Source of the DNA: Candidatus Heimdallarchaeota archaeon | Lineage (GTDB): Archaea > Asgardarchaeota > Heimdallarchaeia > Heimdallarchaeales > Heimdallarchaeaceae | Length of the DNA stretch: 64,000 bases | Reading direction: 5' to 3' | NCBI GenBank assembly: GCA_019057815.1 | Contig: JAHLWR010000005.1 | Location: 32,001 to 96,000 of the forward strand | Shown here: positions 1-8,406 of the stretch, in pieces | How positions within the stretch are numbered: position 1 is the stretch's first letter | Layout of the letters: the number at the start of each line of letters is the position of its first letter | Program-made: the position numbers and the translations under genes | The notes under the pieces: model-generated | Database searches by the model: none | The model's input: the letters and a program-made list of their open reading frames with translations, nothing else | What the model was told of the DNA's origin: nothing

Positions 1-417
1 TGGTTTATTGCTTGTGAAGAAGAAATATCTAAACAATTCAACGATTTCACGATTATGGGCCACTATGATGCGTTGATTAAAGAAGAAGGACATTTAGCTG
101 TAATAGATTTTAAAACAACAAAGAATATCCCTACTCGTCTCTATGACAACCACTTAAAACAAGTGAATACTTACCTCCATTTGAAAGGTGTAGAAGTAGG
201 ATATGTGGTGTATATCGAAAAAAACTCTTTTAAAACAAAAACGTTTCCTATCTATGCAGACAAAATACTTTTTGAGGAAACATTACTTAAAACAAAACAT
301 TTGCACAAATGTTTACAAGAAGGAAAGATTCCAATGATGGAAAAAACACCCTTGTGCAACTATTGCGATTTCAAAAAAAAGTGCTTTGACTTGTATTTGA
401 AAGAGAATAAGAAGTAA
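1..417 (+). CDS. Cas4-like PD-(D/E)XK exonuclease, 5'-truncated by window edge
   Basis: Frame is open from base 1 (WFIACEEEISK...). RecB-type motifs GHYD..IDFKT and QxxxY; C-terminal CxxC-x5-C (LCNYCDFKKKC), typical of Cas4 Fe-S ligands. Confidence 0.75.
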   Translation, partial: WFIACEEEISKQFNDFTIMGHYDALIKEEGHLAVIDFKTTKNIPTRLYDNHLKQVNTYLHLKGVEVGYVVYIEKNSFKTKTFPIYADKILFEETLLKTKHLHKCLQEGKIPMMEKTPLCNYCDFKKKCFDLYLKENKK

Positions 418-501
418 CAAAGAGAGAAAATTTACTTAGTTTAAATACGAATGAATAGATAATTAGTTAGAATAAGTAGACCTCAGAAGTAAGTGGAAAA
501 A

Positions 502-744
502 ATGGAAAAATATGTGTCTGACCAACTACAAACAATATGTGATTGTTTAATAATAGAAAGATCATGTCCGCTGTGTCATAATACCCTTCTAAAAGAGTGG
601 GAGTTAGCAAATCGAACATTGGGTTTATGTTTTATCTGTGGAATGGTATTCTGGAGCGAAAATAGTGAGGTAATCAAGCAGTTATCTGGAAATAAGAAAT
701 CATGGGAAGGGGAAGCTTTACGTGCCGTAAATAGCTTCTACTAA
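502..744 (+). CDS. Small Cys-rich zinc-ribbon protein, paralog 1
   Basis: CPLC-x17-CFICG. ATG 502 chosen because MEKYVSDQ aligns with MEKIESDQ of the next ORF. Confidence 0.65.
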   Translation: MEKYVSDQLQTICDCLIIERSCPLCHNTLLKEWELANRTLGLCFICGMVFWSENSEVIKQLSGNKKSWEGEALRAVNSFY

Positions 745-857
745 TAGAATTTTTATTCTTTAAATATCTAGTTGAGACAAGTTTTCTTTTGTATTTATAT
801 ATGAAATTGTAGTAAAAATAATACCATATCTGTCATAGTTGTGAGGATGAGGGTAGA

Positions 858-1094
858 ATGGAGAAAATTGAATCTGACCAAGATTTCCTAGATTGCGCAT
901 TTTGTAAAGAGGAGCTAATCTGCCCCTTATGCAGTAATATTATATTAAGAGAGCTGGAAAAACAGGGAAGATTAATTGGTCTATGCTATGTGTGTGGAAC
1001 AGCTTTCTGGTGTGATACAAAAGAGATTATCAAAAAACTGGATGGTACCAGAGATGGATGGGGCATTCAGGCTCTACTTTGTACCCATCCTTAA
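858..1094 (+). CDS. Small Cys-rich zinc-ribbon protein, paralog 2
   Basis: CAFC, CPLC-x17-CYVCG. GTGAGG upstream and TTTATATA near 795. Colinear similarity to 502..744. Confidence 0.7.
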   Translation: MEKIESDQDFLDCAFCKEELICPLCSNIILRELEKQGRLIGLCYVCGTAFWCDTKEIIKKLDGTRDGWGIQALLCTHP

Positions 1095-1210
1095 TAATTA
1101 ATCAACTATTATTGTTAAAATATTCATAGAGAATCTTTTTATACTTCTTTTGAGTAAAAAAGAGTGAAAACGTTTTGAATCAAAAAAAAAGATATATCAG
1201 TGAGAGATTA

Positions 1211-2452
1211 ATGGATAGAATAAGAATGAAAGCAGTAATTTTAGCTGGTGGAAAAGGGATAGATCTTCATCCACTCACCCAAACCAGACCCAAACCAATG
1301 ATAACGTTATTGGGAAAACCTTTACTCGAATATCTTATAGTAGAATTAAAAGAAGTTGGTTTAACAGATATACTCATTGTAATAGGGTACAAAGGAGAAC
1401 AAATTCGGAATCACTTCAAAAAAGGAAGAGAGTTTGGAGTAACAATACAATACGCAGAGCAAGGAGAAAAAGAAGGAATCGAAGCAGCATTAATATCCGC
1501 AGAAGAGTCAGTCAACAATGATGCAGAGTTTTTACTACTATTTGGAGATATAGTGTCTGAGAATGGATTAATACAAAGAACATTGAATGCGTATGAGAAT
1601 ACTCAAGCCGATATGGCTATGGCGCTCACTTTACAAGGGGATAAGGGTGATTTCGGCATAGTAGAGATAGATTCGATGGGTTTTGTAAAGAAAGCAGGAT
1701 TAAAGGAAGAAAGGACAACATCATCTGGAAGTTATATTGATGCTGGATGTTTTGTTATGCGTTCAGATATCCTTGAAGACATAAAACAAGGAAAATCATT
1801 GACCCAAGCGATTAATACTAGAATAGAGAGTGGTGCAAAAGTAGCGGCCGCAATATGGGAGAAAGAATGGTATGACATAGGAAAACCTTGGAACATTATA
1901 CAAGCAAATATGATGTTGCTGTCCAAAGTTCAAGAATCAAGAATATCCAAAGGAGTAAAAATAGAATCTAATGTTGTACTAAAAGGTGTTGTAATAATTA
2001 AAGAAAATACAGTGATTAGTTCAGGAACCGTATTGAACGGTCCTATATATATTGGTCCCAACACCTATATCGGTAATAATGTCCTTATTAGGGATCACAG
2101 TTCAATAGGGGCGGAATCTTTGGTAGGATTTGGAAGTGAAATTAAAAACTCCGTTCTGTTTAATGGAACAAAAATTTACCGTCTATGCTATGTTGGGGAT
2201 AGTGTTATAGGAGCAGATACAATCTTATCATCAGGTGTTATAACTGTTAATACGGAGACTCCAAGGAAAAAGATAGAGATGACCATAGGTGGTAAGAAAA
2301 CAAAAACTAATCTTCAAAAACTGGGAGCAATCATTGGAGATAAATGTGAGATAGGTGTAAACACACTCATTTTTCCAGGAAGGAGAATCGATTCAGGTAG
2401 TATAATCTTACCCGGTACAAAAATAGAAGAAGATATAGAAAACAAAAACTAA
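1211..2452 (+). CDS. GlmU/GCD1-like sugar-phosphate nucleotidyltransferase with left-handed beta-helix (hexapeptide repeat) domain
   Basis: KAVILAGG..PLT..RPKPM N-terminus, WYDIGKPW, C-terminal hexapeptide repeats and KLGAIIGD. Start 1211 or 1226. Confidence 0.88.
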   Translation: MDRIRMKAVILAGGKGIDLHPLTQTRPKPMITLLGKPLLEYLIVELKEVGLTDILIVIGYKGEQIRNHFKKGREFGVTIQYAEQGEKEGIEAALISAEESVNNDAEFLLLFGDIVSENGLIQRTLNAYENTQADMAMALTLQGDKGDFGIVEIDSMGFVKKAGLKEERTTSSGSYIDAGCFVMRSDILEDIKQGKSLTQAINTRIESGAKVAAAIWEKEWYDIGKPWNIIQANMMLLSKVQESRISKGVKIESNVVLKGVVIIKENTVISSGTVLNGPIYIGPNTYIGNNVLIRDHSSIGAESLVGFGSEIKNSVLFNGTKIYRLCYVGDSVIGADTILSSGVITVNTETPRKKIEMTIGGKKTKTNLQKLGAIIGDKCEIGVNTLIFPGRRIDSGSIILPGTKIEEDIENKN

Positions 2453-2521
2453 AGGAACTTTGTAAGAAGAAAAAAGAAGAAAAAACAGAGGATTCTTTGG
2501 AATTTTCAGTGTACAAGTATC

Positions 2522-2800
2522 TCAATAATCGAAATCTATTATCTCAAGAAGAGTCATAATCTGAAGGAGTATAGTTCGTGCATGGGCAGGACAATTAGGA
2601 TCTTGGCTAATTTCATCCAATATTTCTATAGCATTGTTTGCTTTTACGGCTAAACTTAATTCAGGTTCAGTGTCCCTTATTATCTCAAGAGAGTTAACTG
2701 CTGCTCTTCTAATGTTTCGGGGAACTGTTGTATCTTCACTTACTCTCTCTAATAGCTGAATAGCTTCATTTACTTGCTGTAACGTTTCATCCTCGCTCAT
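2522..2800 (-). CDS. UPF0147 family protein
   Basis: DTTVPRNIRRAA and LDEISQDPNCPAHART match the archaeal UPF0147 signature. Confidence 0.9.
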   Translation of the reverse strand: MSEDETLQQVNEAIQLLERVSEDTTVPRNIRRAAVNSLEIIRDTEPELSLAVKANNAIEILDEISQDPNCPAHARTILLQIMTLLEIIDFDY

Positions 2801-3016
2801 TTTAACACCTCTACTAATGCAATCTCCGGTAACCTCAACATTATATTATTTTTTAATGCTTTCGGTTTATTAGAAATTTTAGACGTTTGTAGGTTAAATT
2901 GAACTAAATACTTGGAGAAAGGATTCCTAGTACTTATATTAAAAAAATAATTCAGTACAAGTTCTGAAGATTTTGTAACAATCAGATTTATAAAAGCAGA
3001 AATTTCTCTTTGATTT

Positions 3017-4885
3017 ATGGAAGAGAGGAAAAAAGAAGATAAAATTACATACCAATGGATGTTTCCTTTCTTCATAGGACTGTTATCTATTTTACTACGT
3101 ATTCCTAAAATACCACACATATATGGATATGATGGTTTTGAAATTATCTGGATGGCCCACGCAATCAAAAACGGGGCACTCATTGGCCAGCAAACTTGGT
3201 TAATTCATCCATTATCTTATCTTGGTTTTTACCCGTTTTCCCAATATCCAGTTGGATTACCTCTAATTTTAGCGGCATTTCTTGCAATTGGGATCCCTCT
3301 AACGTTTTCACTAGTTACAATTGATATTTTGTTAACAGTAATTTGTGTTATTGGAGCATATAAACTTTCAAAGATGTTTTTCCAAAAGGAGATTTACAAG
3401 AACACCTTTTTAATCATGATTTTATTAGGAAGTAAGGATTTTTATAATTATACATACTTTACTGTGCATCCAAGAGGAGTATTGTTGGCTTTATCGCCTT
3501 GGTTCTTGTATTTTCTTTTTAAAATAAGAGATGGAAAAAAACTCGTTTCATCAATCAAACTACTAGCATTATTTAGTGTTATGATTTTGTTTTATAGAAT
3601 CTCCTGGCTATACATTATTTATTTAATACCTTTCGCATTTATGGTAATCTTTTCTGTAAAGAAAATAGAAGAATATGGAATAAGAATCCTGGGAAGTAAA
3701 GTGTTGAAGATGGTGTTCCTTTTCTCTGTAATTGGAATAATGGTTGTGGGTTTTATTATAACACCTGATTTTGATGTTTCATTACAATCCCCGATTGTTG
3801 AAAGCACAACAATAATATCACAGATTGCTACTTTGGGAATGATTTACTTCTCAAGCCTTGGAATTATATCGTTGTTTTTACCAATAGGTTTGTTATCAAT
3901 TCTCTTCATTGATAAAAGCGTATGTGCAAAAAAAAGGATGTTCTTGTTGGTTACTATACTTTTTATGGCATTATCATGGAAGATTCCCGTTTATTCAATT
4001 GTTCTCTTTTTACCAATTTATGCTTGGATTAGCGTTTTGGGGATAAAAACAAGTGTAGACATGATTGAAAAAAGGGTGAAATTTAAATATTCTGCTTACC
4101 TAATCTGCTCTTCTGTAATTTTAGGTGCAGCAGTTGTGTTTCATATAATATACTCTTTAGCCATTGTGTCTGTAAAAATCACATACTTTGTTACTTTGGG
4201 AGCAATAATAATATATGGGGTTTTTGTCGCTTTTCAAAGGTATATACTCAAAATTAGGGTAAAACATTGGATGCAGATTTTCGTCTTTTCAATAATTATT
4301 GGTAATGTTTTCTTCCTTCAGACGACTTACGAAGGACAAGAGAGGTACACTAGTTTAGGGGTGGCTCCATTCACGGTTGATTATTCGCAAAATCACATAA
4401 CAGAAGACGAACTTCTTGTGATAAACTACATAAAAACAGAGGGAATCGAAGGGATTATTATTACATCTTCAACAGCTTTAGCGAGAAGAATAGGAGGAAT
4501 GGGTTTTTTACCAACAATTCCTGGTTATCATATTGAACATCCGCTTTATTATGGTTGGGTATCAGAAAAAGAAGTCATAAATAATACACAATTCAACTTA
4601 ACAGAGTTTATTGATTCATTTAGTCTTAAATATCAAGGTGCATCTTATGAGGATTACATATTATCACAAATTAGGCATCTAAACATTACAAGGGTGACCA
4701 CAATTATTACTCTAATTTCATTAAATATTCAGTATTTCGTAGCAATAAAAAACCCTAGTGATAATTCGATCTATCCATGTTTATTTCACCCTTATGGTAA
4801 TAGTAGTTATTACATTTTTGATTCATTAAACAGATTAAATCCAACATTTAGCACCGATTATCTTGCTGTTTTTAAAATCTACTAA
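3017..4885 (+). CDS. Polytopic membrane protein, possibly GT-C fold glycosyltransferase-like
   Basis: About 12-13 hydrophobic segments, acidic first loop (YGYDGF), YP.G motif, soluble C-terminal domain; adjacent to sugar-nucleotide enzymes. Confidence 0.5.
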   Translation: MEERKKEDKITYQWMFPFFIGLLSILLRIPKIPHIYGYDGFEIIWMAHAIKNGALIGQQTWLIHPLSYLGFYPFSQYPVGLPLILAAFLAIGIPLTFSLVTIDILLTVICVIGAYKLSKMFFQKEIYKNTFLIMILLGSKDFYNYTYFTVHPRGVLLALSPWFLYFLFKIRDGKKLVSSIKLLALFSVMILFYRISWLYIIYLIPFAFMVIFSVKKIEEYGIRILGSKVLKMVFLFSVIGIMVVGFIITPDFDVSLQSPIVESTTIISQIATLGMIYFSSLGIISLFLPIGLLSILFIDKSVCAKKRMFLLVTILFMALSWKIPVYSIVLFLPIYAWISVLGIKTSVDMIEKRVKFKYSAYLICSSVILGAAVVFHIIYSLAIVSVKITYFVTLGAIIIYGVFVAFQRYILKIRVKHWMQIFVFSIIIGNVFFLQTTYEGQERYTSLGVAPFTVDYSQNHITEDELLVINYIKTEGIEGIIITSSTALARRIGGMGFLPTIPGYHIEHPLYYGWVSEKEVINNTQFNLTEFIDSFSLKYQGASYEDYILSQIRHLNITRVTTIITLISLNIQYFVAIKNPSDNSIYPCLFHPYGNSSYYIFDSLNRLNPTFSTDYLAVFKIY

Positions 4886-4902
4886 GTAGTTAGGAAAATA
4901 GA

Positions 4903-5853
4903 TCAGGAGGTTGATAACCAATTGATGTAGTGTTTTATACCCCTTTTTATTGAGATTTTGGGAGACCACCCCGATTGCCTTAATTTTTTAACGTTCATAG
5001 AAGTATTAGGGACATCTCCTTTCCAACCGCCTTTCCAACCTCCACTTACATTAAAAGTAAAAGTGACATCCTTTAAATCCATTACATTAACGATCTCATT
5101 TGCAATATCAACTACTGAAATAGCTTCATCAGAGCTAACATTATAGTTATCATATCCCTTATTGATATTTTTGGATAGGTGTGTAAATGCCTCAATTGTA
5201 TCATTGATGTAAAGGTACGATTTTGTTTGTTTTCCGTCCCCAAGGATTTCAAGTTTTGAGGGGTCTTTATTCAATTTATGGAAAAAATCATACATGACAC
5301 CATGAGTAGATCGTGGACCAAAAATATTTCCCAAACGTAAGCAAACGATATTCAAATCATAGAGCGATGCAAAACTTGAACAATACATTTCAGCAGCAGC
5401 TTTAGCAGCACCATAATTGCTTATAGGTCTAAGAGGATAATTTTCAGGAGTAGGAAGTAAATCAGGTTCGCCATATATTGTTCCACTTGAACCAGCAAAA
5501 ACTAAATTTGGTATATCTTTCTTTCTCATTAATTCCAAAATATTAAAAGTACCAACAGTGTTGATTTCGAAATCAATTTGGGGATTAGTTACGCTTTTTT
5601 TTACATCAGGTTGAGCTGCTAGATGAAAAACGATGTCAAAATTTGTAGGTATAGATAGGAGATTATCTAAATCTCTAATGTCATACTGGTAAAAAGCAGT
5701 AGAGTGGGCTTTGATGTGTTTTTGAAGGTAGGTGGTAGTACCAGCTGAAAGATTATCTACAACAGTTACAATAATACCCTTTTCAACAAGGATGTCGACC
5801 AAATATGACCCAATGAAACCACAACCACCTGTGACTAAAGCGTTTATTACCAT
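4903..5853 (-). CDS. NAD-dependent epimerase/dehydratase (UDP-glucose 4-epimerase-like)
   Basis: VTGGCGFIGS, HLAAQP, YGAAK (YxxxK), GDGKQTKSY. Confidence 0.92.
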   Translation of the reverse strand: MVINALVTGGCGFIGSYLVDILVEKGIIVTVVDNLSAGTTTYLQKHIKAHSTAFYQYDIRDLDNLLSIPTNFDIVFHLAAQPDVKKSVTNPQIDFEINTVGTFNILELMRKKDIPNLVFAGSSGTIYGEPDLLPTPENYPLRPISNYGAAKAAAEMYCSSFASLYDLNIVCLRLGNIFGPRSTHGVMYDFFHKLNKDPSKLEILGDGKQTKSYLYINDTIEAFTHLSKNINKGYDNYNVSSDEAISVVDIANEIVNVMDLKDVTFTFNVSGGWKGGWKGDVPNTSMNVKKLRQSGWSPKISIKRGIKHYINWLSTS

Positions 5854-5874
5854 TTGTTATTCAACCATCTAAGT

Positions 5875-7164
5875 TTATTCAATAATTTTAGCAAAATCTT
5901 CGAGTGCACTCAGGAAAATTTCAATTTCGTTTATAGTATTGTATATATAAAGAGATGCCCTTATTATTCCTTCTCCTTTAGCTGGGCTCATTCCAATTTG
6001 ATATTGGAATGGGTGCACACACATATTTCCTGCTCTCATGAGTATTTTATGCTGAGGGAGCATATCGTTGAAGTATTCTGCAATGTCATTATGGTTTATT
6101 TCAGCAGATTTTGGTCGGAATGACACTAAAGCTGTCCTTTGCTTATAATCTAAAGGACCAAGCACATCAAATTTATCAATTTCCAATATTCCCTCTAGAA
6201 GTTTCTTTGAAAAGACTTGTTCTCTTTGACGTATATTGTCCATACCTATGTTTTGAAGATAGTCTACAGCAGCACTTGCACCCATCATTCCCCCATAGTT
6301 TTGTAACCCTGCTTCGAATTTTTGGGGTGGGGGGAGGTATTTGGCTGTAATTTGTCCGTTCTCATAAATTACATCCTCAATTACATCTCCACCAACAAGA
6401 AACATATCCAATTCTTCAAGAAGATCATATTTCCCATACAAAACACCAACGCCAGTTGGACCACAAGCTTTGTGAATACTTAACACACTGAAGTCAGTAT
6501 CTAAATTTTTCACGTCTAATTTTGCATGTGGAGCATATTGAGCCTCATCAGACACAACTAATGCGCCATGATCATGTGCGATTTCAATTATTTCTTTTAG
6601 AGGGGCAATTGTTCCAGTTAAATTTGATGCATGAACAAATGAAACTATTTTAGTATTATCATCAATCTGTTTCTCAAAGTCTGCAATATCAAACGTTCCA
6701 TCATTTTTCGCACGAACTAATCTGAATTCACTACCAACCTCTTTTGAGCGTTTTAAGAAGGGTAACATACCACTGTGATGCTCAAGTGTTGTTGTAACAA
6801 TATTTTGTTCTTTCTTCAAAGGGATAGTAGCAGCAATTATGTTTAACCCTTCAGTAGCATTTCTTGTCCAAATAATCTCATTTACATCACTAGCATTAAT
6901 GAATGATGTCATTTTCTTTCTTGCTTCTTCAGTTAACAAACTTGTTTCTAACCCAAGACAATGTGTAGACCTACCAGCCCCCCCACAAGCACCCAAGTAT
7001 TTATAATAATATTCCATGGCATTCCAGACTTGAACTGGTTTAAGAGCCATACATGCTGAATCAAAATATATCAAATTTTTTCCTTCATATAATTGATTAA
7101 GAACGGGAAAATCTTTTCTGATACGAGACCAAACTACCATTTTTACACCTTTATTATTTTTCAT
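5875..7164 (-). CDS. sufS: SufS-type cysteine desulfurase (class V PLP enzyme)
   Basis: IRKDFP, YFDSA, EHHS, SIHKACGPTG (PLP Lys), FEAG, RAGNMC catalytic Cys loop, RASLYIYN. Start may be 7140. Confidence 0.88.
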   Translation of the reverse strand: MKNNKGVKMVVWSRIRKDFPVLNQLYEGKNLIYFDSACMALKPVQVWNAMEYYYKYLGACGGAGRSTHCLGLETSLLTEEARKKMTSFINASDVNEIIWTRNATEGLNIIAATIPLKKEQNIVTTTLEHHSGMLPFLKRSKEVGSEFRLVRAKNDGTFDIADFEKQIDDNTKIVSFVHASNLTGTIAPLKEIIEIAHDHGALVVSDEAQYAPHAKLDVKNLDTDFSVLSIHKACGPTGVGVLYGKYDLLEELDMFLVGGDVIEDVIYENGQITAKYLPPPQKFEAGLQNYGGMMGASAAVDYLQNIGMDNIRQREQVFSKKLLEGILEIDKFDVLGPLDYKQRTALVSFRPKSAEINHNDIAEYFNDMLPQHKILMRAGNMCVHPFQYQIGMSPAKGEGIIRASLYIYNTINEIEIFLSALEDFAKIIE

Positions 7165-7399
7165 ATCCTGGATCGCTAACTAGTTCCCAAATAAAGCCGA
7201 TAGAAGACCATTTTCTTTCAACGATACCTTTTTCCACCAAAGATTTACCAGCTAAAACAACATCACCGCCAGAAGCGCAACCAGCGCACAGCTTGGGGAA
7301 AAGGTCCCTCATTGCCATTATTTCTTTAGTTGATGCTGGATTCTTTTTTTGAAGTATAGCCAATACACATTCAATGTTACGATCCTTATGTTCACCCAT
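7154..7399 (-). CDS. Small winged-helix-like protein with CxxC, overlapping the sufS start region
   Basis: ILQKKNPASTKEI..LVEKGIVERK..GFIWEL pattern of a wHTH; internal CAGC. Confidence 0.55.
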   Translation of the reverse strand: MGEHKDRNIECVLAILQKKNPASTKEIMAMRDLFPKLCAGCASGGDVVLAGKSLVEKGIVERKWSSIGFIWELVSDPGYEK

Positions 7400-7475
7400 A
7401 TTTACCAAGACTATAGAAAAGGAAAATCATTTAAATCATTCTATGTGAAAGAATGTTTCTAGTAATTAATATAAT

Positions 7476-8387
7476 TCAGAAAAAATCAGATAAAGATTTT
7501 TGCCTTTTTGCTCTTAAAGCTGTATTAGTAGAAGTAAGACTGTGTCCATATATTTGTGTTAGGTGTGTGCTGTAGTAACTATTACCAACTTTTGTAACTA
7601 GTATAGCTCCCTTTGTCCCAACTATTTCACCAGCGATGCTTTTGGTTTTACTGACATCATTGATTATAGGATTAACTGTCAAAAAAGGTATCTTTCCATA
7701 ATAAGGTGCTAATTCTGTTTCTACATGTAGAATATTAGAAGGACTTGATTTGTAATCAGTTTTTTGAAGATATAAAGAAACTTTTCTTGTTAACTCTCGA
7801 AAAGTGTCAATCGATTTTTTGGAATCATAGTTAAGCTTTTTACTTTTCTGATTAACCTTAACACTTTGAGATATTCCTAAGTTTGTTGCCAAATCTCGCT
7901 CAATCTTCCTTGCTTCAATTCCATTTATTGCTCTAAAAACTTCAGTTGCCACATCTGCACCTTGATTTATCCACCTTTTAAGAGGATTAAAAGAGACTCC
8001 GACTTTTGTTTTGTCCGCAATGAGTGCTAAATATACCGAACAGGCATGTGCTTTGCAATATTCATATGCTTCCTGATTTTCTGTGCAAGTACCAAAAGGT
8101 TTAGTTGGATCACAAAGAAGGAAACATCTTTGGAAGTCTTTCTGGCTGCAACCATAACATTGATTGAATTTTTTTTCGACATTATTGAGACAGAAATGAT
8201 ACTTCTCTGAATTAATTTTGTGCCCTACACAAATTTTGTCATCTGATATTGTAACATTAAAAAATTCTTGAGGTAATAGGGGTTTCTTTATAATAGTTTT
8301 GGAATCTTTTTCTATATCGCGAAGAAAGAGAAAAGAATAGGGAGTAGTTGTTGGATCCCATTTCATTGCGATAAAATGTTCTGCCAA
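7476..8387 (-). CDS. DUF2797 family protein with C-terminal PIP box
   Basis: Cys-rich N-half, VYLA..KVGV..RWINQGA, GEIVGTKG; ends QKSLSDFF. Confidence 0.8.
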   Translation of the reverse strand: MAEHFIAMKWDPTTTPYSFLFLRDIEKDSKTIIKKPLLPQEFFNVTISDDKICVGHKINSEKYHFCLNNVEKKFNQCYGCSQKDFQRCFLLCDPTKPFGTCTENQEAYEYCKAHACSVYLALIADKTKVGVSFNPLKRWINQGADVATEVFRAINGIEARKIERDLATNLGISQSVKVNQKSKKLNYDSKKSIDTFRELTRKVSLYLQKTDYKSSPSNILHVETELAPYYGKIPFLTVNPIINDVSKTKSIAGEIVGTKGAILVTKVGNSYYSTHLTQIYGHSLTSTNTALRAKRQKSLSDFF

Positions 8388-8406
8388 CTTAATCCCTACA
8401 CCTTAC

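Noticed and set aside
1-1174. CRISPR array near the Cas4-like gene
   Set aside because: No regularly spaced direct repeats seen here or elsewhere in the window.
2797-3183. 128-aa minus ORF and other short track ORFs overlapping long genes (e.g. 14575..14952, 30628..31029, 52140..52505, 58127..58459)
   Set aside because: Antisense or alternate-frame shadows of well-supported genes, with no recognisable motifs.
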